Shown: positions 1 to 12,628, counted from the first letter of the stretch. The stretch: DNA of 47,484 nt from Halocafeteria seosinensis (GCA_001687465.1 LVLI01000204.1:124001-171484); one strand, 5' to 3'. Translations and numbers: made by a program. The notes: a model not told the origin generated them from the sequence alone.

Positions 1-470
1 GATATCGCGTTAGGATCCAATCCGAGAAGTAAAGATGCTCGCAGTGCCCGAATGTCATTGGTGGCAATAGCCTGGCACGCCGACAGAAGGTGGTGTTCGT
101 AGTTCTGGGCCTGATTATTCCCGTTGTTGCTAGTAGTTGCGGCGGGATTCCGCGCTTCCTGAAGTGTTTCTACAGCGCTATTCGCTGGAGTCTTACGGCG
201 TAAACGCTTCTCTTTGGAATTCTGTAGTTTCGCGTGGTATCGACTCTCGAGTTGAGCTCGCTGGTCTTGTTGCCCTTGAGCACTCTGTGTTTCTTTTCCA
301 TTGGCCGATTGAGTCGCCGCCTGCTGGGAGGGACTCATCGACGTCTTGGCATGCTGACCATTGGTCACTTGACCTCCATGGGAGGTGTGAGACGTGGTAG
401 TGGTCGGATCCCCACTGACACCGTGTTCCGGCGGCGGCTGCGTCTTGGTCTGACGTTTACGCCGTCCCAT
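1..470 (-). CDS. 5' part of a probable ankyrin-repeat protein (runs off the window start)
   Basis: Open frame from ATG at 470 (MGRRKRQTKTQPPP...) to base 1. A low-complexity N-terminus is followed by HLLSACQAIATNDIRALRASLLLGLDPNAI, which resembles the start of an ankyrin repeat. Absent from the ORF track because it has no stop in the window. Confidence 0.6.
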   Translation of the reverse strand, partial: MGRRKRQTKTQPPPEHGVSGDPTTTTSHTSHGGQVTNGQHAKTSMSPSQQAATQSANGKETQSAQGQQDQRAQLESRYHAKLQNSKEKRLRRKTPANSAVETLQEARNPAATTSNNGNNQAQNYEHHLLSACQAIATNDIRALRASLLLGLDPNAI

Positions 471-666
471 TCTTGCTCCCAGAAAAGCTGTGTACCACCC
501 ACCCTTCCAGATAATTAAAGAAAAACCCAACCAGAATGGGGAAAAATACGGTAGATGATCCAATATCAACACATACGCGAAAGACACGTCAGTGACTGCA
601 GGAATTCTCAAGAACACCCCCAATTTCCGGGCTCTCGGCCCGGAATCCGGGCCGAAGTTTGCCATG

Positions 667-778
667 GTACTGTACTTGTAAATGTACATTCAATAACTAC
701 ATTGTACAAGTACAGTACAACATTGTACAATGTACAACTGTACAACTGTTGTACTACTGTGTACACGTACAATGTAGA
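667..778. repeat. GTAC/TGTACA-rich simple-motif cluster in a divergent intergenic region
   Basis: 12 GTAC cores, 6 of them as TGTACA, within about 105 bp. A 21-bp near-perfect palindrome (tcggcccgga-a-tccgggccga, 635-655) lies just upstream. Confidence 0.7.
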
Positions 779-1648
779 GGTTGGTCTTTCTGTGGCCGGA
801 AAAAGTTGGCTTTCTCGGCACCAAACGACCACCGAGCTATATATAATAATTTCTCTAATTGGGTCGAATCTTGGGGAAGTCTTACCGCATACCGCTCCTC
901 GTTAAGAGGATGCGGTCAACTTCCCGGCCGGTGGGCTATCTGCCACACTTGTGTGTGTGTGTGTCTTACCGGTATGACACACGTGACGTAACAGAAGACA
1001 ACAAGTCAGTCGCATGGCTCATGCTACTGGGGGAGAAATGGGATGTATAAATGGGCAAGAGGAGCCATGCAGCAGCTGAGCACTTCCCGTTAGGAATTTT
1101 AGCTCTTTCCTGCAGGAATTTTAGCGGGTAGTGCCTGCAGACTGCAGCACCCCCAGTTGAGTCGGCAGCTTTCCCCTAAAATTGTAATTTCAGTAGTTTT
1201 TCTAACAGTCCTGACGCTCACTCCATGGTTACGGCAAGACGACGAGATGTGGATTATTTTGTAGCCTCAAAATGGAGAGTAGTGCCTTGCGAGATTTTAC
1301 GCTTCTGTACAAAGCAAGCAGCCGGTCTCACTTTGTGGTGACGCTTAAGGTACAAGCCGCAGCACAATGTTGGGTAATTGTTGAGGTTCGATTGTGAGGA
1401 AGAACATCCATTCTAAGTGCTTGTTTCTAGCCATGTAAACCTAAGTTAAGGATTCCTTAATGGGGGTAGACGAAGCCCTGGCCTATTTGTACAACCTTTG
1501 AAGTATACATGCATACAGTAGTTGAAGTTCCAAGGGACCGCAAACGTTTTCGTGTTGTCTGTTAAATACACTGTACCTTTCAGGGGGTATTGGTAATATG
1601 CAACAAGAGTATAGTTTCAACTGAAAGATATCAAATCAGTATGGAAGA

Positions 1649-4137
1649 ATGAAATTTACATTTTACTGCTGTTTATGGCTTGTTATCGTGGAATCAACGA
1701 GGTTCACAACATGTCAAGACTCTCAACAAACAGTGTCTTTTCATCGTACTTTCTCTGGAAGTTCAAATGGAGGCCAAGACAACGGGAACGATTCAGTGCT
1801 TCATCGATTCCTGAGAAAGTTGGATAAACCTCTGCAACACAATCAGTCAAGGGACAAGGTGCAGCAACTATCCACTTCAACTCCAGAAGGGGGAAATGAC
1901 GATATTCGCTTTGAATTCGGCCCAGCTTCACTGTCCGAAGGCGCAGCAGGCCGCTTAGAACTTGCAACAAAAATCTACTCTCAGAAAGACAAAGCTCTCG
2001 TGGACTTATCTGCGTTGCATGAACGCGAAGCTCGTCAACGGCAACACGCATCGTGGTTGTGGGACGAGTGTCGACCGTATCCCGGTCACTGCAAGGAACT
2101 CTTAAATGTTGTTCCACGGAGACGGGAATTGCTGGACAGTATTAATCTTGAACCCGGTACTACGGTTGAAAGCTCGACGGCACAGTACGTCTTGGTCCAT
2201 AAAATGACACCGGAGGATGGACTTTCGACTTCGTTGCTCCCCTGCCCTCCTACCTCTGAGCAAGAAGACAGGAGAGACAAATCTTTGACTTGGTATGGTA
2301 TTCACCATCGAGAGCAAGCAAAAGCATTGATCAAGGCATACACCCAGGATAAGAGTATCTTATGGCCGTCTTATTCGGAACCATTGGTTTTAGCCGGTTC
2401 AGATCAGAAGTCTCCGGCCATTCGAACTCCTTTACGATATCTGGTTCACCCCGCGTTCGACAATTCTTTATATGTTCCTGTCATCCCTATCGCAGAGACC
2501 GAGGGGCGCAGGGCGAAAGGAGGAGCACGGACATATCGCTCCGATACTGACGAGAATTATGTTCATCCAGACGGCACAGAGCGTGATCACGACTATGTTC
2601 TCCGCGGTCAAATCGGAAGAGGGGGCCAAGGGGAAGTGTGGCGTGCTGTCAAAGTAACAGAAGAAACTACAGACTCTACTCCAGGAACGACTAACCAGCG
2701 GTTTATTCTCAAGCGTGTTTTCTCTTATCGAGGCCGACGTGTGGTGGAGAGTGGATGGCGAGAGGTCTATTTTGGGGAGCTCTTGAAGCACCACAAACAA
2801 GTATCCACTCTGGTTGAATACTTCACCGTAACACGTCATGTCGATTCTAGGAGTAAATTTGATGAGGATCGCATCCCAGTAACGGAGCTTTGGTTAGTGT
2901 TTGAGGACGAAGGATCAAGTCTGCATAGGTTTTTATACGATCCTAATGCCAACATGCATGAGACAGAGGCCGACACTACCTCAGGTGTCTCGGAAGAGTC
3001 TGAAGAAGAAAGTTTAATACTACGATCGAAAAGCGACATCGATTCAGAATGTCGTAAACTGATAGGTTCAAGTATGAACTTTGAAGAAACTCCTGACTCG
3101 TGTCGACACCTCATCCAGCAATACAAAGCAACCTTGCCGAGCACCAGCCGGTTCGGAGAGTCACGAAACAAAACACCTGGGACAGAACAGCATAAAACAT
3201 CCTACGATCAACCACTTACTGCTTCGCTGTTTTGGCAAGAACTGCGGCTGGATCCACGTGGTGGTGAAGTCTTTCGAGACTTATTCACTCAGCTCCTACA
3301 GGCTTTGGCTCAGATTCATCGAACTGGAGTAGTGCATCGGGATATAAAGCCTGCGAATATTGCACTTAACACTGATGTACATCCTCCGCTTTTGAAGCTG
3401 CTTGATTTTGGTTCCGCGCTTCATAATACTGTGATTGATTATCTCTACCATGATCCTCCCTCTCAAAACGACGAGACTCTTGCTTACTCTCCTCCAGAAG
3501 TACTGATAGACCAAACTTGTGCATATTACAAGCAGGACCCACAGACGTATGACATGTGGAGTGCCGGAGTTGTTGTCTTAGAATTACTTTTTGCAACTCA
3601 GCCGCATGAACTTTTTCAAGTGGACTCACGGGAAGAACAAATCATCCGTCATGCAATGAAAGGAGCAGAAAGCAGAGAAATTCGCAAATCCATCTTGGCC
3701 GCTGGCTTTAGACAGTTCTGTATCTTCCCGCCCACCACTTCGTTTGCAAGCGGGGCAGCGCACAACCGAAGCTTTGAAAATACGTTTTGGAAAATGCACC
3801 AATACAGGCATAAAAGCGGGAGCAAACTATGCACAGATGACACTCTACAGTCGTTTAGAAAGGCTTTAAGAAGGTATAACGCAGAAAACTTGAAAAACCA
3901 AGGACTCTCGATAAATGGTGTTGACCGTATCCATGATGCCGTCCGAGAGCTTGGCGAAAAAGGAGAAGTAAGTGTCGCTAAGCCAAGGCATTGTGCAGTG
4001 CAGACTTGTTGTTTTGTACTCATATATTGTGGACGTTATTTTTTCAGGAGATATTGTACGGAATGCTCCGATGGGATCCTTCCGAACGGATCTCTGCTGG
4101 AGTGGCTATGCAAATTTTGTCTGGCGATGTTGACTAA
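1649..4137 (+). CDS. Ser/Thr protein kinase with N-terminal hydrophobic leader (resembles the At3g63330/PP2C51-type kinase domain)
   Basis: Motifs GRGGQGEVW, FILKRV...GWREVYFGE, VVHRDIKPANI, DFG, YSPPE and YDMWSAG. A phase-0 intron at 3968-4047 restores subdomain XI (EILYGMLRWDPSERISA), with TAA at 4135-4137. Confidence 0.85.
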
Positions 4138-5544
4138 ACATCGTCTTCGCAGACAACGGGAGGCATACCACATGGGGCCATTTACTTTGCCATTCCTGTA
4201 TCAATCTATAGGAACTTTGATAAATGAACCTATTCACCGGATATCTGGATCTTCAAGAGTTGCTTAAGAACATTTATCCCCGGAATAAAGTATACCTCTT
4301 GATCATCCGGAGCAAAAATCGATTTGAATTATTCATTTGTATCCAACCAACAATATCATCACGCGTACCGTAATACAACTTGAGTAATTCACTCACTTCG
4401 TCTAAATTTGCGGACAAATTATTTACGATAGACTCTTTACAACTGTTAGTAATCTTTTGCTTTAGTAGGTTTTCCATTATACTGTAAGATCCATATATTT
4501 GCCATTTCTTTATTCTACTACCAGTAGTGGTATTTGTAAACGGCACGAGAATTAGAAATTTCTATATTGAGCATAAAAAGGAACTAAAAGAGCTATACTT
4601 TGACGAGGCAAACCTATTCACTTACCTATTTTGAAACGCTTAAGGATAAGAAACTGAATGTTTCAAGGAAGGCAATGGATGAGTCGTAAAAGAACAGTAT
4701 ATTCACCGAGTCTCTGCCGAACTCAACGAAAGGTAGTGAACCCTTTAACGTAATGGTTATGAACCTATCAAGTTTAGAAGATTCTATGTTTTAGTTCTAA
4801 TGGATGCATTTACGAGAATAGCATCCATACGGTATGGAGAAAACCTTAGAAACACATCTCCTACGGTATATGCGCCCTCTACTTCCACACGACAAACGTA
4901 GCCAAGAAACATGCGAGGTTGAAGAATGCGGGAAAACTACGCTGGTATGTATTAGCATTGCTCCTATCAGAAGACGTGTAGGCTACACTTGTACTAGCAG
5001 AAAGTTCCCTGTCCTGTCCGTGCAGTCGGTATCGGCAAAATATTCAAGCTACCAACTACCCGACGATCCAACGATCCAACTCGAAGCCGATAACGCAGCA
5101 TGCATCAGTAAGTACTCTCCAAGAATGATATACTTTCCAACTCCGGCAAACAGCCAACCCAATCTTCGACGACACATTCTCCGGTGCAAGAAGCTGCCAC
5201 TAGTCTGCTAGGGCGCCCATATACAGCGGGACCACACATACGAAGACTCGTGGATCTGATCTGTACCCCCGGTAGCCAGAAAATTTTCGGTACAGAATTC
5301 AACATAAACACATCGACCTACGGTTCACCTAGTCCCCAAACTGTGTTCACATTCCAAATTGAGAATATATTACCATTGGAACACTCTTTTCCACGAAGGA
5401 CTGTAGTTCTTCCGTACTTCGAGGTGAAGTTATGTTCAACTTTGGCGGAAAGTGACTGCCAGTGGGCAGTTGAGCCAGTTCAACAAGCATTTGTTTTGTT
5501 TGTCCACTATTGTATTCTAAATCAAAGATTTTAACATAGCGAAG

Positions 5545-6337
5545 ATGGGCAACTTCAATGGAACACCACAGGGACCAGGTAGCGGACCAGGTGGACGGCA
5601 TCCGCCGCCCGACCCCACACGCTTGTACGTATGTGCCAACCGCAAGGTGACACTGCACGAGGTGGAGGAGGCCGCAATACTTTTGCCACGTGCCCTAAAT
5701 GGCACCTTTCATCTAGAAAAAGAAGACCCGATCAGTGCCAGCCTTAAGGCTCTGCAACGAAGATACGGAAGTCGACTCAATACTACTTTTTCTCTATGTT
5801 TGGGAGGCAGAGTGTATTCTCCTCTCTCATACGCTGTTGTAATGAATCGCCCCAACGTGGTGAAATATCTCATTGAGGAGTGCGGAGCTGACGTCAACGA
5901 CAGACCTCCTGGGGTAAGTTGCTGTATAAAGATGTCTATTTTGGCACAAAATGGTGGTATTTGCTCCCTGCAGGATGATGTTACGCCGTTAATGGAAGCA
6001 GTATTGACACCATTCGGAGGACCTCGTTACAAAATTATCAAAATACTCGTTGAGGAGTATGATGCAGACGTAACAATCGGCTACGAAGTAAGTCGTAGGT
6101 GGCGGTGTTCAAGTACTCACACAAGAGGTCATCGGTCGACGCTCTTTCTGTGTAACCCAGAGAATGATGAAGCGATTGCACCGACTTCCTGATTTTCAAG
6201 AGTTACTCAAGAAGCATTTGCCCCCACGATGTACGGAAGAAAGTATCCATAGTCCACCTCTGCCCGATCCCTCACAGCAATTGCAATATAGGCGTCATAC
6301 AATCCCATGGGTAGCAAACCAAGAACTAGATTATTGA
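5545..6337 (+). CDS. Small ankyrin-repeat protein, possibly N-myristoylated
   Basis: Ankyrin motifs SPLSYAV...VVKYLIEECGADVN and TPLMEAV...IIKILVEEYDADV. Introns at 5914-5973 and 6088-6160 (gtaagt...cag). Starts MGNFNG. Confidence 0.7.
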
Positions 6338-6973
6338 GTCATCTCAGTCTTGGGCTGAGCCTGCAACAGCGGTACTTTTTCAAATCGGGGGGACACTACG
6401 TTGCGTCATTCGAGTGAACGGTTACGAGCGGTGGCTCAGCAATTTACTAAGCATTCCTAGAAGAGTTCATCGTACAAAACAGTAGTTGTGCTTTTCCTGC
6501 TTTTCAGAATCGGAGTGACGGATTTCGTGATTAGTTGGAATTCACCACCGACTGATTTGCTCAAGAAGTGATACATGTATTCGCATAGTTTCTACTTGGA
6601 TTTTAGGCAAAAGACATGCAAATGTCATCACCCATGTAACTTATGTAGCCCACTAAGTCCTGTTTCCTCACTCCCCATGAGTTCTGCCGGCAGAAGTTTC
6701 AAAGTTTGCTGTCAATGACCAGAGCGAGACCCTTACAGCGAGTTGAGTGCGTACACGCCGCTGGAAGAGGAAACTTCTACCATATGGTACTGGACCACCA
6801 AACACCATCGCATTGGCACCTACGTCATGTACCATGGTACTACGTGAAGATTGAGTGATCTTCACAACTTCGGTGTCAGCGTTTGGTTCCCTTGAGTAGG
6901 AAGGTTGTGGTTGTTTGTATTGCTGTATGTATAGCTAATTTGATAGGATAGAGTATATAGAATAGTACGCAAG

Positions 6974-9900
6974 ATGCGCATGCTCGTGTTCCTGTCTAGA
7001 ACAGGTGCAAGAGGGAGAGAGCGGCGAGTGCTTCCGACTCCTTGCATTCGAATCGATGCATTATGTCGTCCATTTCATAGTCATGGAGCTTTGTTCGCTT
7101 CCAACAAGAGCTCTATAGGATCCCTATTTTCAGATAGAAAGGAAAACCAGAAGGATTCGTCCTCCCACAGTCAGAAATCGAAGAAATCACTTGCTGAAAA
7201 ACTCTTTGCGGATGACAGTAAGAGCCGAAATCGCCCCAAAGGAGGCCCCAATAAGCCTCTTATTGACCAGGAAGCTTTCAACCGCATGCGATCCGAGTTC
7301 GCTGAATTGAGAAAACTCAGGGAGCAGCAGCAACAACAACAACAGCATGAAGGCGGGGGGAAACAACGGAAAGCCTATGGCAAAACGAATTGGGGTTCAT
7401 TGGCATATGAGAATCGTCGAGCAAATACCGAAGGAGCTTCAAGTCGCCCCATGAGGGAGGCGGATCGCAAACGCGAACATTATCGCAAAATTTCGGAGAC
7501 GCGCCGTAAAGCTAGGGGACGAGTATTTGATAAAATGGAACGTGAGCAACAAGAGTCGGCCGTGGGCACTGGTGGAGAATATGGAGGCGACAAGAGGGGT
7601 AAACGGGCTACACGAAAACCTTCACAACAAGGTCAACAAGCTCGCAGGGGTATGTTATTTCAAGTTGGTGAAACATCAAGGTAGAAACAATGTCAGTGTT
7701 TATCGTTTTGTTAGCGAACACAGGGCGTATCACAAAAAGGAGAGCGACTCGCTTGTCGCCGAAGGATATACCTGTCATAATCCGAGATTCCCAAATTAGT
7801 GTGGCGGATTTGGCATATGCTATGAGACGAAGAGTCCGAATGGTCCAAAAAAAGTTGACGGACCTCGGAGAAGAGAGCGAGCAGACAACCATGCTAGACC
7901 CCGACACCGCTGAGCTAATTGCCCAAGACTTTGGGCATCCTGTCAAGAGATACGACTTTCAAGATATCGCCCCTTTAACGCATGCCGAAAAAAGACAAAA
8001 AATAGCAGAAAATGAGAATATGCCACCCAAACCTCCTGTAGTAGCTGTCTTGGGACATGTTGACCATGGGAAGACGACTCTTTTGGATGTATTGAGAAGT
8101 ACCAATAGCGCTGGAAATGAAGCTGGAGGTATAACACAAGTGGTATCATCATTTATGGTTGACGTTGAACAAGACTTTATTCCAGGGGAAGAGCTTTATT
8201 CACAAAAAAACAGCAAGGAGCAACCGAGCGCAAAGAAGAAAAAAGCTAAAAAGAAGAAGAAACAGAAAGGGAGTGTAGGTGGAGGAAATCTGATCACCTT
8301 TATTGATACTCCGGGACATTCTTTGTTTTCTAAGATGAGATCATCGGGGGCAAGTGCCACTGATTTTGTCACTTTGGTTGTTGCAGCGGAAGATGGGGTG
8401 ATGCCACAGACTCAAGAAGCCGTTGAAATGTGTCTCAACAGAGACCCCCCGATACCAATAGTTGTCGCAGTAACAAAAGTTGACCGATTCCCTAACACTG
8501 ATGAGGCCATCGACCGAATTAGTAAACAGCTCATGAATATTGGATTGCAAACGGACCACTCAGGTGGATCTACTCCTATCGTTCCGATTTCCGCTATGTC
8601 TGGTGATGGTATTCAAGAACTAAAAGAGATGATTCTTCTTCAGGCAGAAGAAATGGAATTGAAGGCTGATCTGGATGGCAGAGTAGAAGCGCATATCCTG
8701 GAGTCTCGAGTAGTGAAGGGTCTTGGCCCGGTGGCAGATGCTGTTGTTCAGTGGGGGACGGTCAAGCCTCGGGACTACGTAGTGGTTGGAAGCCAGTATT
8801 GCCGTGTCCGGTCCTTGATGGATACAAATAACCAACCGCTGAAGGAAGCGAAACCAGGAACCCCCGTAAGGATTGGGACATTTGATGATACCGTCTCGGC
8901 CAATGATGTAATACTTGGGGTGGCAGACGAGGAGACAGCTAGTCGCATAGCAGAGAAACGAGCTCGTAAAGCAGAAATTTCTAGGCTACTAGAGGAAGGA
9001 AAAGAATTAGATGAAAAGAAAAGAGCCGAAATGGAACTGCAAAAACAACGTAAGAGGAAAGAGCAAGATATCGCATTGCTGCAGCGACGTGCTAGAAGGA
9101 GAAGAGCTATCGAATCCAAAGGTCTTGAAGTCCCTGAGCATTTGCAGCCTCAGAAATGGGAAAAAGACTTAGAAGACGAGCTGCTTCGAAAGGCTTATGA
9201 AACCGGAGGTTCATTCGAGGATGTAGTTGGGCAAGGAGTTGGAGTAGGAGGTAAGTTCAAACAATTTGGTGGCGAAAATCCGTCTATGGTTGTATGGGAT
9301 TTGACATGGGTATCCGTTTGAATTGGCAGAGCCCCAGGTACAAACGGTTCCCGTTATAGTTCGCGCGGATAGTAATGGCTCTCTTGAGTCCCTATGCGAT
9401 GCCTTGGAGCAGCTTCCGCAGGATGAGGTTAAGGTTCAGGTGGTGCGCAAAGACGTTGGATCGCTATCTGAGGCAGATATTGAGTACTCCAAAGACACCG
9501 GCGCTTTGTTATTTACTTTTAATGTAAAGGTTCCTACTTCGCTCGAACGCAAAGCAGATAGTACGTCGATTAACCTGGAACAGGTGATAAATGGCTTCCC
9601 TGTATGCTCAGTCCTGTTCTTTTTGCAGAAGAAGGAATCGCCATACACGAACATAATATAATATATAAGTTTATAGAGGACATGGCAAACACCCTCTCCG
9701 ACTTCTTGCCTCCTGAGGAAGAGAAGGAAATCATTGGCAAGGCCGAGGTTTCTCAAGTGTTCAAGCTTAACACAACGGGTGCAGGCAAGACTCCAGAAAC
9801 TGTTGCTGGTTGTAGGGTGCAGTCCGGAGTCCTTCAACGAAACGCTATGTATCAATTAGAGCGTGGTGGAGAAATAATTCAGGAGTTCGATTCAGCGCTC

Positions 9901-10059
9901 TCTTTACGTCGGTTCAAAGAACCAGTGGAGCGAATTGAGAAAGGTCAAGAATGTGGGGTTGCTCTTGGGGAAAAGTTTACCGACTTCCAGGCTGGTGATA
10001 TTCTTACAGCCTTCACCAAGAAGTCGGTAAAACGCTCTATCGCGACTCCTTTCTCTTAG
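6974..10059 (+). CDS. MTIF2: Translation initiation factor IF-2, mitochondrial (bacterial type)
   Basis: Motifs [47 protein letters not shown] and KGQECGV. Arg-rich presequence. Introns at 7650-7723, 9251-9329 and 9561-9628 join four ORFs in frame. Confidence 0.93.
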
Positions 10060-10155
10060 ACTTTGTGGTACCAGTGGAAAGTAACGAAAGAGCAGATGAG
10101 GTATGGTGGTCTTCGAACGTGACCGCTGGCGCTCCTACTACCACAAGGTGCATGA

Positions 10156-10372
10156 GTTCATGTTGATAAACGCTATGACACCCCATAGAACCAATCAGTT
10201 TACAAAGGTGTCTCCGATTTCGACTTGCAGATTACTCCAAACGGTAGGCCCAAGTGAAGTAAAAGCAGTAACCATTAAGGCAAGCATAAATGGTTTCAGG
10301 GAAGCTTCCGGCTGATTTGTAATTGCAAAAGCAACAGGAAACATTTCCTCCGATGGTGCAGTGTTCGTAACG
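10156..10372 (-). pseudogene. Decayed partial duplicate of the 3' end of the adjacent SLC13-type transporter gene
   Basis: Translation VTNTAPSEEMFPVAFAITNQPEASLKPFMLALMVTAFTS aligns with VTNVAAAAVMFPVALAIAKQAEAPLKPFVLGLMITASSS. The DNA is similar to 11075-11342, with an internal deletion removing the PTNM segment and a premature TGA. Confidence 0.8.
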
Positions 10373-11074
10373 TTACCGGGTAGTGAACAGTGCGAAGCAC
10401 TTTGCTTAGAACAAGGAATTCTTGAAGGAAATGTACAGGAGTACGGTATTTCCGCCAGCAATAAATGCGGCATTAATCCCGAATCTCAGGGTAACCATGG
10501 CAGTCTACAGAATCCTCGAATCAATGTTTACTATCGCTTTCTTTGAACATGCTATTCGCTGTCCTGTAATCGTCATGTCCACTTGAAACGTTTTCATTCC
10601 TAATTCCTTGAGTATACGAACGTCGCACATATTATGCGACAGTTTTAAACTTGTCTTGTCCAAAACCTTGTTCTATATTCAACATGAGCAAAAAAGTGCG
10701 GTGGGTCCATTTCAAATTGCAGAAACGAGCGCAACCAATGGGATGAAGCTTGCGAACTCCTTACTGGGACTCCACGATTTAGCTGGGAACGCTAATCTAG
10801 AATCACACAACCCCCTCTGAAGTACCCATTCCCGGGCCCAATTCCACACTGGCTGTCTTAATTATCAAGAAATACCATTCTGTTTCCCAATTGTATCATA
10901 AGGGGATCCGGTGTAGACTCGATTAGATAAAGCACGCAGATGTGTACCGTGAAATCGTTTCCAGTCACTGCAGAATGTTACGTGGGCACCACTATGGGGA
11001 ACTTGCGCTAGACAGGATCCGCAAACAACAGAACTTTAACATTGTAGATATGTCCTGGCGCTCCTACAACCGGA

Positions 11075-12628
11075 TCAATTCATGTGCATGAGTGTTATGA
11101 CACCCCATTGAACCAACCATGTTACAAGCGCCAGTCCGACTCCGACTCTAAACATTTCTGGCTTCGTTACTCCCCCGAATCGGAGGGCAAGCATATTCGT
11201 CGGATATCCAACGGGAGAAGCAAAAGAAGAGGAGGCAGTAATCATCAAACCAAGCACAAACGGTTTCAGTGGAGCTTCCGCCTGCTTCGCAATTGCTAGA
11301 GCAACAGGAAACATTACCGCCGCTGCAGCAACGTTCGTAACGAACTCTGTCAAAACAAGCACGAAAAACGTAAAAATTCCCAGAGAAAGTATTGGGTTTC
11401 CTCCAGAAATAGTGAGAATCACGGTCCCAAGTGTGGTGCCGATTCCTGAATTGTCCACTGCTTTTCCCACTGCCAGCATTGCCGCTATCACGAGTAACAC
11501 TGATGGTTTCTGTTTCGAGAAAACTATATCTTTGTCGATGAAACCCAAACCTATGAGGATCAGAGCCATGATCAAAGACACAATACCTTGATCAAGTAGG
11601 CCCACCGCAGAGACGGAGATCCATCCAACGAACACCACGACGGGGATGTTTTCCCAGAGAAGCTGTTTACTGCAAACTGTCCCGCGAGATTTAGTATTGT
11701 CCTGCTCCGTAGTATTTCCATCAGCAGCAGCTCCAGTAGCCCCCTTAGTATTAGCTGCGTCCTCAGAAGTGCCTTCCGGCGTATCTTCACCATCTCCGTT
11801 CGTGATTGTTGGGTCCGTCTCGGATCCTGCCTGTTCTATTGCATTGTGATCTCCTCCACACCCAGTGAATTTATCCCTTTTGTATAACGTTGCTGATTTT
11901 TCTTCATCGGTATCGTCTTCGGAGAAATCAGCTTTCGGATTCGAGTCGGTAGTTTCTGCGGTCGGATCTGAATCAGTGAGAGTGACATTGCCTCGTAGAA
12001 CGGACGCAAGAACCAATGTGTAACACATGATACCTCCAAACACGGCTGCTCCTACCATAGAAAGTTCCCAAATGCGAACTCTCGCTAAGCCTTCCTGATC
12101 CAGTAGGTCCTGGACGACGAAATGCGTTGACGTCCCGAGGGTCGACAGCATCCCTCCGCCAATACACGCGTACGACAATCCGACAAAGGCCCATCGTGGA
12201 ATCGCCCTGAATTCTTCAGCGGTGGTCCACGCGTACAGCGCTTCGCTAACTAACATGTACAGTGGAATGTTGTTGGTGAAGGCCGAGATGCATCCGGACA
12301 TGAACATGATGGGAACCAATCGCCTTCGACTGAGGACTCGTATATCCGACCGCGAGGGCAGTACTGCCTCTAAACCCTTCCTAAACGGCGGCGTACGCTG
12401 CAATGCGCCTACTGTAATCGTCAGAGAAGCGATCGTTAACACACTGGAACTGCCAAATCCCTCAGTCGTGGTATCCGCCGAGATTATTCCCAGCAAGTGC
12501 AGAAAAATCGCCACCGAAACGCAGATGAAATGAGGGGGGATCGAGGTCAGAGTGACCCCTACAAGGAGAAATACAACTGAGATGCCGACAATGAGCTGGG
12601 ATGCCAAACTTTCGGGCTCCATCTTCAA
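11075..12628 (-). CDS. SLC13/DASS-family (Na+:sulfate/dicarboxylate) transporter, intronless
   Basis: About 12 hydrophobic segments. Family motifs SAFTNNIP, GGMLSTLGTSTH, LTEFVTNVAAAAVMFPVA and ASSSFASPVGYPTNM. Confidence 0.85.
   Translation of the reverse strand: MKMEPESLASQLIVGISVVFLLVGVTLTSIPPHFICVSVAIFLHLLGIISADTTTEGFGSSSVLTIASLTITVGALQRTPPFRKGLEAVLPSRSDIRVLSRRRLVPIMFMSGCISAFTNNIPLYMLVSEALYAWTTAEEFRAIPRWAFVGLSYACIGGGMLSTLGTSTHFVVQDLLDQEGLARVRIWELSMVGAAVFGGIMCYTLVLASVLRGNVTLTDSDPTAETTDSNPKADFSEDDTDEEKSATLYKRDKFTGCGGDHNAIEQAGSETDPTITNGDGEDTPEGTSEDAANTKGATGAAADGNTTEQDNTKSRGTVCSKQLLWENIPVVVFVGWISVSAVGLLDQGIVSLIMALILIGLGFIDKDIVFSKQKPSVLLVIAAMLAVGKAVDNSGIGTTLGTVILTISGGNPILSLGIFTFFVLVLTEFVTNVAAAAVMFPVALAIAKQAEAPLKPFVLGLMITASSSFASPVGYPTNMLALRFGGVTKPEMFRVGVGLALVTWLVQWGVITLMHMN

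Noticed and set aside
555..1050. Several overlapping short ORFs
   Set aside because: They arise from the TGTACA and TG low-complexity sequence in the divergent intergenic region.
3968..4267. C-terminal 100 aa of the 872-aa ORF in the ORF track
   Set aside because: This is read-through of an intron. Splicing 3968-4047 restores kinase subdomain XI in another frame.
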